From: a virus
Taxonomy: Duplodnaviria > Caudoviricetes
Reading direction: 5' to 3' (one strand)
IMG/VR virus record: IMGVR_UViG_3300002514_008521
Location: 24,449-88,448 of that record
DNA length: 64,000 nucleotides
Below are positions 1 to 9,252 of the stretch, in pieces. Position 1 is the stretch's first letter. The number at the start of each line of letters is the position of its first letter. The position numbers and the translations under genes are program-made. Under the pieces are notes generated by a model. That model made no database searches. It was not told the DNA's origin and saw nothing but the letters and a program-made list of their open reading frames with translations.

Positions 1-499
1 TCTTTTTGTCTACAAACTCATCAACATCGTAATATACATTACCATTAAAATTTGATAACGGATTATAGTCAGTTGATGATGGTACGTGATAAGCCAAGAT
101 TTTTTGTGAATGTTCGACTTGAGGACGAAATACAGTAACTGTGGCCCTATAAACCAGAGAGTGATCAATATTTAAGCATCCAGGGTGGTGTGTAAAAATT
201 AAATCCGGGCTAAAATCAACGGCAGACTCGATGAATCGACAAATGTCTAACATACTAACTGTGTCCATTTCATTATCCGGAAATTGTCCTGACCTGTAAT
301 CATGTATTCCAAGGATCTTAGAGACTTCTTCTAAGCGGGTATTTCTATTTCCTTCATCATTTCTTGCACCAACCCCATCAGTAAATGTAATAAGTCTAAC
401 CTTGGCTCCAGCACTAGATAGTTTCGCGATTGTGGCACCAGCGCCCAGGGTTTCATCATCCGGATGTGCTGCTAGTACTAAAATATTCTTATTCATCAT
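1..499 (-). CDS. PIG-L/LmbE-family N-acetyl-sugar deacetylase (runs off left edge; absent from ORF track)
   Basis: Manual translation from ATG at 499: MMNKNILVLAAHPDDETLGAGATIAKL...LIFTHHPGCLNIDHSLVYRA; HPDD and DH motifs; frame open to base 1. Confidence 0.9.
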   Translation of the reverse strand, partial: MMNKNILVLAAHPDDETLGAGATIAKLSSAGAKVRLITFTDGVGARNDEGNRNTRLEEVSKILGIHDYRSGQFPDNEMDTVSMLDICRFIESAVDFSPDLIFTHHPGCLNIDHSLVYRATVTVFRPQVEHSQKILAYHVPSSTDYNPLSNFNGNVYYDVDEFVDKK

Positions 500-1163
500 T
501 TTTGCTAATCCTTACATCACACAATACTTCATTTTCATTACTCATCTGTGCCCTCGAAAAACTAAGCGTATACTTTCCCATATCAACGTGTGCGGATGGA
601 TATCCTTCAGCATCTAACATTTGAATAAATTGATACACCCTGTGTATATTGTCACAGTCCAGAGGGAGCAAATTGTCTTTTCGACGCCTGTAGGGTTGGG
701 ATGATAATACGTTCTGTGGACTTGGTTGTAGTTTTTTAAAAACACAATCCTCAATCAGGGAAGAACTTATACTAGCAATTGACATCCAGATATCAAAAAG
801 ACTACCCTGTAGGGACATATGTCCTGAACAGTAAATCGGGCCTGCGTCGACTTCGTCGGTCATCTCTAGTAGGTTAACCCGCGTCTGGACCACACCTTCC
901 ATAATTTGATTTTGTAAGGGGGATCCCCCACGCCCTTTAGGTAAGTTTGCCGTATGAATAACTACACACTTACATTTTTCATGAATGCTGCGAGGAACAA
1001 TCGTTGACCAGTGAAAAAAGAAAATGTATGATACATCATCCAAATCTAAAGCTGATAATTCACAGTCATCTTTGACCCATGACCACTCATTAGATTGTCT
1101 TAACCTATCAAATAGAAAGCTCGACCACGCGTTGTTCTTGGATGCTAATATTAGCTTTTTCAA
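489..1163 (-). CDS. Formyltransferase-like protein (Fmt/sugar N-formyltransferase fold)
   Basis: HTANLPKGRGGSPLQNQI and VDAGPIY motifs; start moved to TTG at 1163, which overlaps the upstream TGA (TTGA). Confidence 0.75.
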   Translation of the reverse strand: MKKLILASKNNAWSSFLFDRLRQSNEWSWVKDDCELSALDLDDVSYIFFFHWSTIVPRSIHEKCKCVVIHTANLPKGRGGSPLQNQIMEGVVQTRVNLLEMTDEVDAGPIYCSGHMSLQGSLFDIWMSIASISSSLIEDCVFKKLQPSPQNVLSSQPYRRRKDNLLPLDCDNIHRVYQFIQMLDAEGYPSAHVDMGKYTLSFSRAQMSNENEVLCDVRISKNDE

Positions 1164-2173
1164 GTATCTAAATCCTCCCAAAGAATAACAACGTCTTCCG
1201 GAATATCCTTGTTCACCCTAAGACCGACAACATCAAAATATTCCTTTGAAGGAACAGAACCTGATAATGACGGGCGTTTTGTTGTAATATTATCTAGTGA
1301 TAAAATATCACCCTTGCGCATTCCCTTTTTAGTAACAACCGATCTCATACATTTTGTAAATGCCATCTCACTCTTTGAGACTGATGATGACTTATACAAC
1401 AGCGTTGATTCTATTACTCGAATATTTTTAATCATATTGATTAATTCATGTGGTTCAATTGCAAAGCCGTGATCGGGTCCGGGAAGAGCTCTATCAAGCG
1501 TAAAGTGCTTCTCTATTGTCGTTGCGCCCAATGCAACAGCAACTGGAGGTACCAATATTCCCTCCGTATGATCCGATAATCCAACGCTAATCGGGCACTT
1601 ATATTTCATGTTTTTTATTTTTTTAATCTGCCCCAGACATATATCATTATGAGGTGTGGGATAAGCATTATTACCATGCAAAAAAGTTATGTCAGGAGAA
1701 GGATTTTTTTCTAAAACCCATCCGATAATATGACCGACAGTGACTAAGTCGACTCCAATGCCGGCAGTAATAATAAGTGGAAGGCCGGTTGAGGCTGCAT
1801 GTTTAACGATCCTGGGGTCTGATGCTTCAAAGCCGGCTATCTTCAGGCGCTGTACACCTATATCATAAAGATCATCGATAGCCCACTCATCAAAAGGTGT
1901 CGAAATAAATTCAATTCCCTGATCGTCACAATACAACTTAAGATCCTTTTGCCAGTGACGGGGTAGCTCGATATCCTTAATAAGCTTGTTAATGTCTTTA
2001 TAACCTGCAAAGTCAGGTGTATTTTTGACGTATAAGGTCTCTGACGTGTATGTTTGAAATTTTACGGCATTCGCATTTGCTAACGCAGCTGCATTTATTA
2101 GTTTCTTCGCCATGGAAAAATCACGATTATGATTGGCTCCGGCCTCGGCGATCACATAGGTCTCTTTCTTCAT
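1160..2173 (-). CDS. neuB: Nonulosonic acid synthase (NeuB/PseI/SpsE family) with C-terminal SAF domain
   Basis: IAEAGANHNRD, AVKFQ, FISTPFD, GLSDHT, IEKHFTLDRALPGPDH motifs. Confidence 0.95.
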   Translation of the reverse strand: MKKETYVIAEAGANHNRDFSMAKKLINAAALANANAVKFQTYTSETLYVKNTPDFAGYKDINKLIKDIELPRHWQKDLKLYCDDQGIEFISTPFDEWAIDDLYDIGVQRLKIAGFEASDPRIVKHAASTGLPLIITAGIGVDLVTVGHIIGWVLEKNPSPDITFLHGNNAYPTPHNDICLGQIKKIKNMKYKCPISVGLSDHTEGILVPPVAVALGATTIEKHFTLDRALPGPDHGFAIEPHELINMIKNIRVIESTLLYKSSSVSKSEMAFTKCMRSVVTKKGMRKGDILSLDNITTKRPSLSGSVPSKEYFDVVGLRVNKDIPEDVVILWEDLDT

Positions 2174-2214
2174 AGCATACCTCTAAACTAGTATAAACAA
2201 CATCGTCTAAAAGT

Positions 2215-2748
2215 TCAAGTATGAAGTCCTAATTTTATCATATCGTATAAGGTATCTTCATCGCTATATGAAATCGCATCGACAATAACTCCCTCTCTAG
2301 AAAACCCACATTTTAAGAAAGATCTTTCTGAGCCCTTGTTCCTGATATCACATCCGGCGGTGAATATTTTTGTGTCATAATGTGTACTAACATATTTTAC
2401 TAGTACAGAAATAGCATCAGTTGCGATACCTTTGCCCCAATAACTTTTTTCCCCTATTATTATTGAAATATCACCCTCATATAGCGTAGCATCTTTAAAT
2501 TGCATACTAATTACACCCAGTAATTCTTTAGAAGGTGCACAAATTGCTAATTGTAGCTTGAGGGGATCTTTGTTATTTTCGTATAAAAAGCTTAACTGCT
2601 TATTTTCGTTAGTCTTTGCCGTTCTATGTACAGAATATTCTAGGATTGTGGGGTCTGAAAACCATTTAGTCCACCTAGGGACGTCACCCTCGGTCATAGG
2701 GCGGAGGAAACAAATATTTCCATCTATTTTTTTACAAGATGGTACCAT
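2215..2748 (-). CDS. GNAT N-acetyltransferase (RimJ/RimL type, PseH-like)
   Basis: IIIGEKSYWGKGIATDA acetyl-CoA motif, N..S...F.KCGF..EG; lies between pseB-like and neuB. Confidence 0.85.
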   Translation of the reverse strand: MVPSCKKIDGNICFLRPMTEGDVPRWTKWFSDPTILEYSVHRTAKTNENKQLSFLYENNKDPLKLQLAICAPSKELLGVISMQFKDATLYEGDISIIIGEKSYWGKGIATDAISVLVKYVSTHYDTKIFTAGCDIRNKGSERSFLKCGFSREGVIVDAISYSDEDTLYDMIKLGLHT

Positions 2749-3757
2749 TCAGTTCTTTTACCACCGTTGTGTTAATCTTGTCTAAGAACTCATCTTTGGT
2801 TAAGCGGCCGCTCGAAAAGCTTGTATACTCTGTCATACTTACAGGCTTTTTATCCTTAAAAATACTGGAGTGATGAATCTCTGAGGATATTCCATAACAA
2901 TACCCTAAATCATATGTCTTACACATGTCGTTCATGGATATCATCGTCTCATGTTGTTTTTCCCCCGATCTGGCGCCAATTAACTTGGGCTCAATATCAG
3001 GGCGAATAAATTCGAAAACATCACCCATCTCTAAGGACTTCATTTTAGGAATAAAAATTTCATTAGACACGCCATGTTGAGCAGCATATCGGGTGAGCTC
3101 AATTGCCTCTTCAATTGTTATCCAAAATCTGGTCATCGTAGGATCAGTGATAAAGAACTTGTTGTTACTTGTGTCGCTTAAGTTCTCAATAATTGAACCT
3201 CTGGATCCAATAACATTTCCATATCTAACTATATGATAGCTAGTAGTATCGTGGTAATAGACCCTTGAACCTAAGAACACCTTCTCTAGACACAACTTAG
3301 TAGCGCCATATAGGTTTATTGGATCGGCTGCCTTGTCTGTGCTAAGTGCTACAACTTTTTTTACACCATTATTGGCAGCTGCCTTTGCTACATTGAGTGC
3401 ACCGACAATATTAACATTCACGGCTTGCTCGGGGTTATATTCACACACCGGCACATGTTTTAAAGCAGCAGCATGCAGAACTAGATCTACGCCTTTCATT
3501 GCAAGACATAATCTGTCGAAGTTTTGTATATCCCCAACAAAAAAACGAATCTCGCATGTATCTAACTTAACACTAAAATCTTTTGCATCCACAACCCTTT
3601 CGGAGTATTTGGTCTTTAGATATCGTGAAAGTCGTACTTGCTTAAATTCGTCGCGACTGAACACTATTATTCTCTTGTGCCATTTGTGTTCGATAGCATT
3701 AAGAATATATGAGGTACCGAAGGTTCCTGTACCCCCAGTTATTAGTACATTATCCAT
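2732..3757 (-). CDS. pseB: UDP-GlcNAc 4,6-dehydratase (inverting), PseB/FlaA1 family
   Basis: ITGGTGTFG, FSRDEFKQ, HAAALKHVP, STDKAADPINLYGATK, RYGNVIGSRGS, TDPTMTRFW; start set at ATG 3757 behind a GGAG RBS. Confidence 0.92.
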   Translation of the reverse strand: MDNVLITGGTGTFGTSYILNAIEHKWHKRIIVFSRDEFKQVRLSRYLKTKYSERVVDAKDFSVKLDTCEIRFFVGDIQNFDRLCLAMKGVDLVLHAAALKHVPVCEYNPEQAVNVNIVGALNVAKAAANNGVKKVVALSTDKAADPINLYGATKLCLEKVFLGSRVYYHDTTSYHIVRYGNVIGSRGSIIENLSDTSNNKFFITDPTMTRFWITIEEAIELTRYAAQHGVSNEIFIPKMKSLEMGDVFEFIRPDIEPKLIGARSGEKQHETMISMNDMCKTYDLGYCYGISSEIHHSSIFKDKKPVSMTEYTSFSSGRLTKDEFLDKINTTVVKELNGTIL

Positions 3758-4853
3758 TGTTTTCTCCAAAATTCGACAATAAAAACTCATCAATGGGAAA
3801 GTTGAATTGTTGAACGTGAGATGAATTTTTCATAAAAGTATTTAATGGTTCAATTATAGAATCCAAAGTATCATTTGTATTAATTATACACGTATTTTGT
3901 TCCTGGGATAGTCTATAATTTTTTAATGTACCTCCCACGATATTTTCATACAGACTATCGTCGACTTTTCTATATGGATCTTTCCAGAATGAAATAAATC
4001 TTGCACCCAGCTCTTCTGCCTCAACTGATGCAGACGTTGCCATACCAACGGAAAACTCGGATACTGCTAAGAGGCTTAGGCCTGGGTGCCATAAAGTTGT
4101 TGGGACACCACTAGAAAAGAAATCATGATTTATAGATGCAGCAAAAGCATTACCATACTTCATTTTATTTTTTAGTATTATCACTAAATCGTTTGCCTTA
4201 CAGTATGAAACAATATGATCATAGATTTTGGACACCCTATCATTTAATTTACTGTCTCTTGCCATACCCGCAGATGCATCATTATCAAAATAAACGTTTG
4301 AAAATACTGTGACGTATTTCTTTTTTGGATCAAGCGATAGCTGTTGACATATTCTATCTCTAGTCTCGCCGTGCAGAAAGAAATACTTTGGGCATGGGGA
4401 TGATGCCTCATGATTTAGATGATTGTATACTGGCACAATACTTTTTTCCACGTATAACTTTCTGTAACCAGGCTGTACCGTTTTCTTCCATGGTTTATCA
4501 TGGGTTCGATTTAAACTCTCACCAACCCAACTTACCACGATAAACTTATCAATATGTTTAGTGGGTGCAAAAAATGGTAAAAAATCTTTTGTTATAAACC
4601 ACCTGCATCCATCGATTAATGTGTCAAACTCATTGTCCTTAAAGGAGTTATAAGAAATAAGGTGTGCCGGATTAATCCCTGTATTTTTTAATAGCCTAAT
4701 TGACTCAGTGGGTGATGTTATTTTACCACTAGGCTTGTATACAACGACCAGATCTCTTCCGTATGTAACTGAGGCTATAAGAAAATAATTGAATATCCAT
4801 ATATCTTGTGCATCCGCCAAAAATAAAATATCATAAGTCTTATTTTTTATCAT
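3750..4853 (-). CDS. Hypothetical protein, possible GT-B-fold glycosyl/nonulosonate transferase
   Basis: C-terminal 'SEFSVGMATSASVEAEELG' resembles a GT-B nucleotide-binding helix; context only. Confidence 0.35.
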   Translation of the reverse strand: MIKNKTYDILFLADAQDIWIFNYFLIASVTYGRDLVVVYKPSGKITSPTESIRLLKNTGINPAHLISYNSFKDNEFDTLIDGCRWFITKDFLPFFAPTKHIDKFIVVSWVGESLNRTHDKPWKKTVQPGYRKLYVEKSIVPVYNHLNHEASSPCPKYFFLHGETRDRICQQLSLDPKKKYVTVFSNVYFDNDASAGMARDSKLNDRVSKIYDHIVSYCKANDLVIILKNKMKYGNAFAASINHDFFSSGVPTTLWHPGLSLLAVSEFSVGMATSASVEAEELGARFISFWKDPYRKVDDSLYENIVGGTLKNYRLSQEQNTCIINTNDTLDSIIEPLNTFMKNSSHVQQFNFPIDEFLLSNFGENNG

Positions 4854-4965
4854 TTTGCTTATTTCCGTAAGTCATTTGCAATATTAACAATATCCACTAA
4901 AGAGTTTAAGTCTATTCAAATTTTAAAAAGTACACAAGTATTGATTACTTGGTTATAATTAAGGA

Positions 4966-6015
4966 ATGATTACTAAAGAAAACATTGAAGACTTAATCAA
5001 AGAATTGCATGGTAAGGAATATTGCGGTTATGAAAACTTTAAATCCCGCCTAGCAAACACGATTGATAAAGACAAAAAAAATGAAATACTGAATTCTTTT
5101 ATTGAGGGCTACGACTTACTATCTCATGCTCTACACACATTTGACATGTTAAGAAATCATGAAATATCTAAGTGTAACAAGCATAAGTTAATATTGAATG
5201 AATTGTGTACCAATGGTATCTATAAATGGGAAAATTTATTTGTAGAAAATGACATGATAAAAATAACACAATTTATCTCTGCGATTGAAGAAGCGTTGGG
5301 TAGTGATATCACAGGAGGAGGTAAGGTACAATTATACCAAAATAATACACCTACAGGAATCCAAACATTAGCTAAAAATGATCATAGCATGCCACATCAC
5401 GGAGAGCTTAGGTGTCAATCTAAGAGCCTGGGTGGTCACCCTCCTGGTGTTGAAATATTGGCAGGAAATGAGAAACTTCTAAACACAGCAAAAGAATATA
5501 TGGTGAACCCAGACACGACATTTTATCGTTCTACAATTTCATGGCTAAACCCTGCTGAGAATACACACATTGGATGGCACATTGATAGTGTTTATGATGT
5601 ACTAAAGGTCATGATATTTTTAACTGATGTTGGGCTAGAAAATGGGCCCATGTACTTTCTCAAAAAAACAAATACATCTACCTACAATACAGTTAATAAA
5701 TTTAGACACAATGTATTTTTATGGAAGCCATCAAAAGAAAAAGCACCAAGAATGTCTGATTCATATCATGAACTAGTTCATGATCCCGATCCAACGGCGT
5801 TGGAGAAAGAAGCAATAATAAGCGTCGGTGGTGATATGTTCGAAAGAGTAGTTGCTACCGGGAAAAGAGGCGATGCTATTCTCTTTGAAACTTCAGCAGT
5901 CCATAGTGGCAATAGGGCCCTAGAGACAAGAAAGACAGTAATATTATCGACACCAAATGAAATATCAACGCCTAAAAATATATTTTTGTCTTATATCGGA
6001 TACCCACGAAAATAA
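4966..6015 (+). CDS. Fe(II)/2-oxoglutarate dioxygenase, PhyH-like
   Basis: WHID (HxD), GDAILFETSAVHSGNR (distal His, Arg), ENGPM motif. Confidence 0.8.
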   Translation: MITKENIEDLIKELHGKEYCGYENFKSRLANTIDKDKKNEILNSFIEGYDLLSHALHTFDMLRNHEISKCNKHKLILNELCTNGIYKWENLFVENDMIKITQFISAIEEALGSDITGGGKVQLYQNNTPTGIQTLAKNDHSMPHHGELRCQSKSLGGHPPGVEILAGNEKLLNTAKEYMVNPDTTFYRSTISWLNPAENTHIGWHIDSVYDVLKVMIFLTDVGLENGPMYFLKKTNTSTYNTVNKFRHNVFLWKPSKEKAPRMSDSYHELVHDPDPTALEKEAIISVGGDMFERVVATGKRGDAILFETSAVHSGNRALETRKTVILSTPNEISTPKNIFLSYIGYPRK

Positions 6016-6022
6016 TTGACAA

Positions 6023-6424
6023 TTACCAACTGATTTCCCAATCCTTAAACTCAGCTGCCAAACAGTCAACCTTATAATCTTTTCGGCCGCCGGCAATTTC
6101 CTGAACTTTATTTTTGGCGGTGTTACGAATACCATTTAGACCATGGGTTAGCTCTAGGTTATTGCCATCTTTAATACCTTTTCGGTAGTTCGACTCGTTG
6201 TGCCAAATGTGTAAATTCATTTGTGACAATACAACAATCGCTCTTATTACCTCAGCGGTAACAGGTTGATTACTTTCATCTAGGTGCTGCTGAATATCAT
6301 GGACTATATCAGATATTTCTTTTGCATATTCACTCTTGTGCTCAGTTATAAAAACTTCTTTTAGTTGAACTATGCTTAGTCTATCTATAAGCTCAGACAG
6401 TGTAGGTAAATACTTTCTATTCAT
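6023..6424 (-). CDS. Conserved hypothetical protein (helical; TLSELIDRLSIVQLKE)
   Basis: Start moved to ATG 6424, just after the upstream stop at 6429; coding-like composition. Confidence 0.6.
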   Translation of the reverse strand: MNRKYLPTLSELIDRLSIVQLKEVFITEHKSEYAKEISDIVHDIQQHLDESNQPVTAEVIRAIVVLSQMNLHIWHNESNYRKGIKDGNNLELTHGLNGIRNTAKNKVQEIAGGRKDYKVDCLAAEFKDWEISW

Positions 6425-6428
6425 AATT

Positions 6429-7619
6429 TTAAATCTCGTTGATTGTATTGCATAATGTAATAATTTGCTCTTCTGTAACCTCTGTATGATTCCCCAAATA
6501 AAGACCATACGTGTGAATATGATCTAGGTTACTGAGAGTGTGGGTCGTATATTTTCCGGAATATTTTTCAAAATACGGTTGCCTAATCTGGTTTCCGCCA
6601 CCGGCGGTGCCAACCCTAAACTCTATATCATTTTGACTCAAACATGTTTTTACATGTTCAAATAATACAGGATCCGAATCATTTAAAATCAGCGGCAATG
6701 AAAAATTACTAGAACCTTCTTTTCTAAACTTTGTCTGATATTTTTCTTGTGATAGGTTGTCCAACCAGGTATCTAGATTATTTTGTCGTATAGTGATATT
6801 CTGATCCAGACGCTTAAGCTGATTTCTTCCTATAACTGCATTTATTTCAGTTGAGCGCATGTTATAACCGGGCATCGCAAATGTAAATAGAGGGTTCAAA
6901 TGAGGGTATTTTTCTTGGTATTTTTGCCTAGTCTGTGGTGAGGCCTCTCTCGTCATGCCATGTGATCTCAACATTCGGACCACATCATGAATCTCATCAT
7001 TATTTGTGCAAACAGTACCACCCTCTATGGTTGTCATATGATGCCCAAAATAGAAAGAGAAATTAGACATATCACCGAACGTACCTACCTTTTTCCCATT
7101 GAATGTTGCCCCATGGGACTCGCAACAATCTTCTATTAGAATTAAATTATTGTCCTTTATTATCTGTAGCATCTTATCGGTCAAGGCATTAAAGCCTAGA
7201 ATATGTGTGACTAAAACTGCCTTTGTGTCTTTTGTGATTGCATTTTCAAATGCATCAGTATCTATGGACATAGTCTGGCGATTTACATCAACAAACACAG
7301 GATGAAAGTCATGGACAAGCAACGGGACAATATCTGAGACCCACCCAAAAGGGCTAGTGATTATTTCCCCGGTCCCTATCATTTCCTTTAATGCGGAAAC
7401 CATGATCCAGTTTGCGGAGGCTCCGGAATTAACATACGTTGTATTTTTAACGCCCAACCAGTCGGACCACTCTTTTTCAAAGGCTGCAACATTTTTGCTT
7501 TGTGTAAATCTAACATCAGGTGTTGTTATAAACTCTACCAGCTTATCTTTATCGTCTTGTACAATATTATCATTAATTAGCTGCCAGGCGAATTTATTTT
7601 TTTCCATAATATTCACCAT
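6429..7619 (-). CDS. PLP-dependent DegT/DnrJ-family enzyme of the 3-dehydratase type (ColD/RfbH-like)
   Basis: YVNSGASAN, LIEDCCESHGA, FSFYFGHHMTTIEGG with His at the usual catalytic Lys position. Confidence 0.85.
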   Translation of the reverse strand: MVNIMEKNKFAWQLINDNIVQDDKDKLVEFITTPDVRFTQSKNVAAFEKEWSDWLGVKNTTYVNSGASANWIMVSALKEMIGTGEIITSPFGWVSDIVPLLVHDFHPVFVDVNRQTMSIDTDAFENAITKDTKAVLVTHILGFNALTDKMLQIIKDNNLILIEDCCESHGATFNGKKVGTFGDMSNFSFYFGHHMTTIEGGTVCTNNDEIHDVVRMLRSHGMTREASPQTRQKYQEKYPHLNPLFTFAMPGYNMRSTEINAVIGRNQLKRLDQNITIRQNNLDTWLDNLSQEKYQTKFRKEGSSNFSLPLILNDSDPVLFEHVKTCLSQNDIEFRVGTAGGGNQIRQPYFEKYSGKYTTHTLSNLDHIHTYGLYLGNHTEVTEEQIITLCNTINEI

Positions 7620-8130
7620 GTTCTATTAAAAGTGTAGATCTTCCATCCGTTCTTTCATATGCTTTTTTGAATGCTGGAAAGATGTCCTCCGGCTCCATTA
7701 GCTCTATTAATTCAACATCAGTCAACATTTTTCTAAATGCATCGGCATGATTTTGTGTATGTTGAGGCCCGGCGTCGATGGGATCTCGTGAACCAACTGA
7801 GACTCTTATTATCACCTTCGGCGTCATATCACCTGTGGACATATCTCGAATTTTGTCTAAATGATTTACAAGCTGATTGGCCGCCAAAATAAAAAAATCA
7901 AAACGTGGATATAGCGTTACGGTGACGAATCCCTCTAGGGCCATCCCCGTAGATAATCCAAGTTGGGTTTCTTCAAAAACTGGCATCTCTATTCTTTTAT
8001 CAAGAGGAACTTTTTCTAGTGTACTGGAGATTGCGTGACCGGAGACCCTGCATGCTTGACCCAAGAAGACCACATCATCCTTTTCCCCTAACCACTCCAT
8101 TGCATTTATTAACTCTGTCTTATATTTCAT
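7594..8130 (-). CDS. TPP-dependent enzyme, E1-beta/transketolase pyrimidine-binding domain only
   Basis: IEMPVFEETQLGLSTGMALEG, NQLVNHLDK, AGPQHTQ; lacks the C-terminal domain. Confidence 0.85.
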   Translation of the reverse strand: MKYKTELINAMEWLGEKDDVVFLGQACRVSGHAISSTLEKVPLDKRIEMPVFEETQLGLSTGMALEGFVTVTLYPRFDFFILAANQLVNHLDKIRDMSTGDMTPKVIIRVSVGSRDPIDAGPQHTQNHADAFRKMLTDVELIELMEPEDIFPAFKKAYERTDGRSTLLIEHGEYYGKK

Positions 8131-8757
8131 TTAAAAATTCACCCATTTGCCGGTTCCGTGATGAGGATATCCTAACTTATATTTGTAGTAAATAACGTCA
8201 TCAGGAATTGCCTGTTTCTTACCCCATGCCATCTCTGTGTTTGTATGAACGCTTATATCATTATCTTCAATTACCCACTGAATTGGTAAATCAAAGTTTT
8301 TAGCGTACTTGTAACATTCATGAAAAACACCGGTCTCCGATGTCATGTCTCCTACAAAGCACCACACCATTTTTTCCGATTTTTTTCTTTGTAGCGCCAT
8401 GGCGGTCCCGACGGCTAGTGGGATTACACCACCTACAATTGATGAGGCGTAAAAATTAGGGTTTATATTATTTGTTCCCATACTCTTACCGGACATGATG
8501 GAGTTTAAAAGCTTTGTTTCATCAACGCCGTGTAACAATGCATGATAATGATTTCTCCATGGAACAAAAACCCAGTCATCTTTATCAATGTACTGAAATA
8601 TTTCAATCAATTCATCTTCATTATTTTTTGATAAATGTATGGGCCCGCGAATATTTCCCGCCTCATACTCTGTCTTTATTTTTTCCTCGAACTGAATTAA
8701 AAAATCGGGACTAGTATTAATTTTCCTCTTCTTTTTTAAATGACTAGGTATTTTCAT
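8131..8757 (-). CDS. TPP-dependent enzyme, E1-alpha-like (short)
   Basis: GPIHLS, WRNHYHALLHG, SIVGG, GDMTSETGVFHE...EDN TPP-binding motif. Confidence 0.85.
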   Translation of the reverse strand: MKIPSHLKKKRKINTSPDFLIQFEEKIKTEYEAGNIRGPIHLSKNNEDELIEIFQYIDKDDWVFVPWRNHYHALLHGVDETKLLNSIMSGKSMGTNNINPNFYASSIVGGVIPLAVGTAMALQRKKSEKMVWCFVGDMTSETGVFHECYKYAKNFDLPIQWVIEDNDISVHTNTEMAWGKKQAIPDDVIYYKYKLGYPHHGTGKWVNF

Positions 8758-9252
8758 TTATGCATCTCTCTTTTGTAATATTGGATCGGATATCGGCCAA
8801 TGAATGTTGATATTCGGATCATTCCATTTAATTGTAAACTGATCTTCTACATCTGGATAATTTCCTGAGTATGCCCACTTGTAGTGGAATACAGAACTTT
8901 CACTAAGAACTAAAAATCCATTGCCTACACCCGGAGGTAGTAAAACCTGTTTTCTTCTTTTGTCATCCAAGACCATGGTTTCATGTTGTCCATATGTGGA
9001 GGAGTTTTCCCTATTATCGACTATCACAAAATATAGTTCCCCCAAAAGACATGTTATTAATTTATGTGACTTAAAGTCGCCATGAATACCACGTAGAACA
9101 CCTTTTCTTGATGTTGAGACCTTATCATGATTAAACTTAATTTGAGGTTGAAACTCTTCATCTTTCCATAGAGTCCATAAGTCTCCCCTGAAATCTGTAT
9201 AGACATCAGGTTCATAAATAACAACACCATGTATTTTAGATTTTGGCATCAA
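8758..9252 (-). CDS. rmlC: dTDP-4-dehydrorhamnose 3,5-epimerase family
   Basis: DFRGDL, SRKGVLRGIHG, VDNRENSSTYGQ, IKWNDPNINIHWP. Confidence 0.9.
   Translation of the reverse strand: MMPKSKIHGVVIYEPDVYTDFRGDLWTLWKDEEFQPQIKFNHDKVSTSRKGVLRGIHGDFKSHKLITCLLGELYFVIVDNRENSSTYGQHETMVLDDKRRKQVLLPPGVGNGFLVLSESSVFHYKWAYSGNYPDVEDQFTIKWNDPNINIHWPISDPILQKRDA

Noticed and set aside
3333-3782. 149-aa plus-strand ORF, and similar antisense ORFs such as 9640-10011 and 17099-17509
   Set aside because: Shadow ORFs of well-supported minus-strand enzymes
7594-8757. Auxiliary pyruvate dehydrogenase for host energy metabolism
   Set aside because: Both subunits are truncated, no E2/E3 present, and they are embedded in a sugar-nucleotide operon
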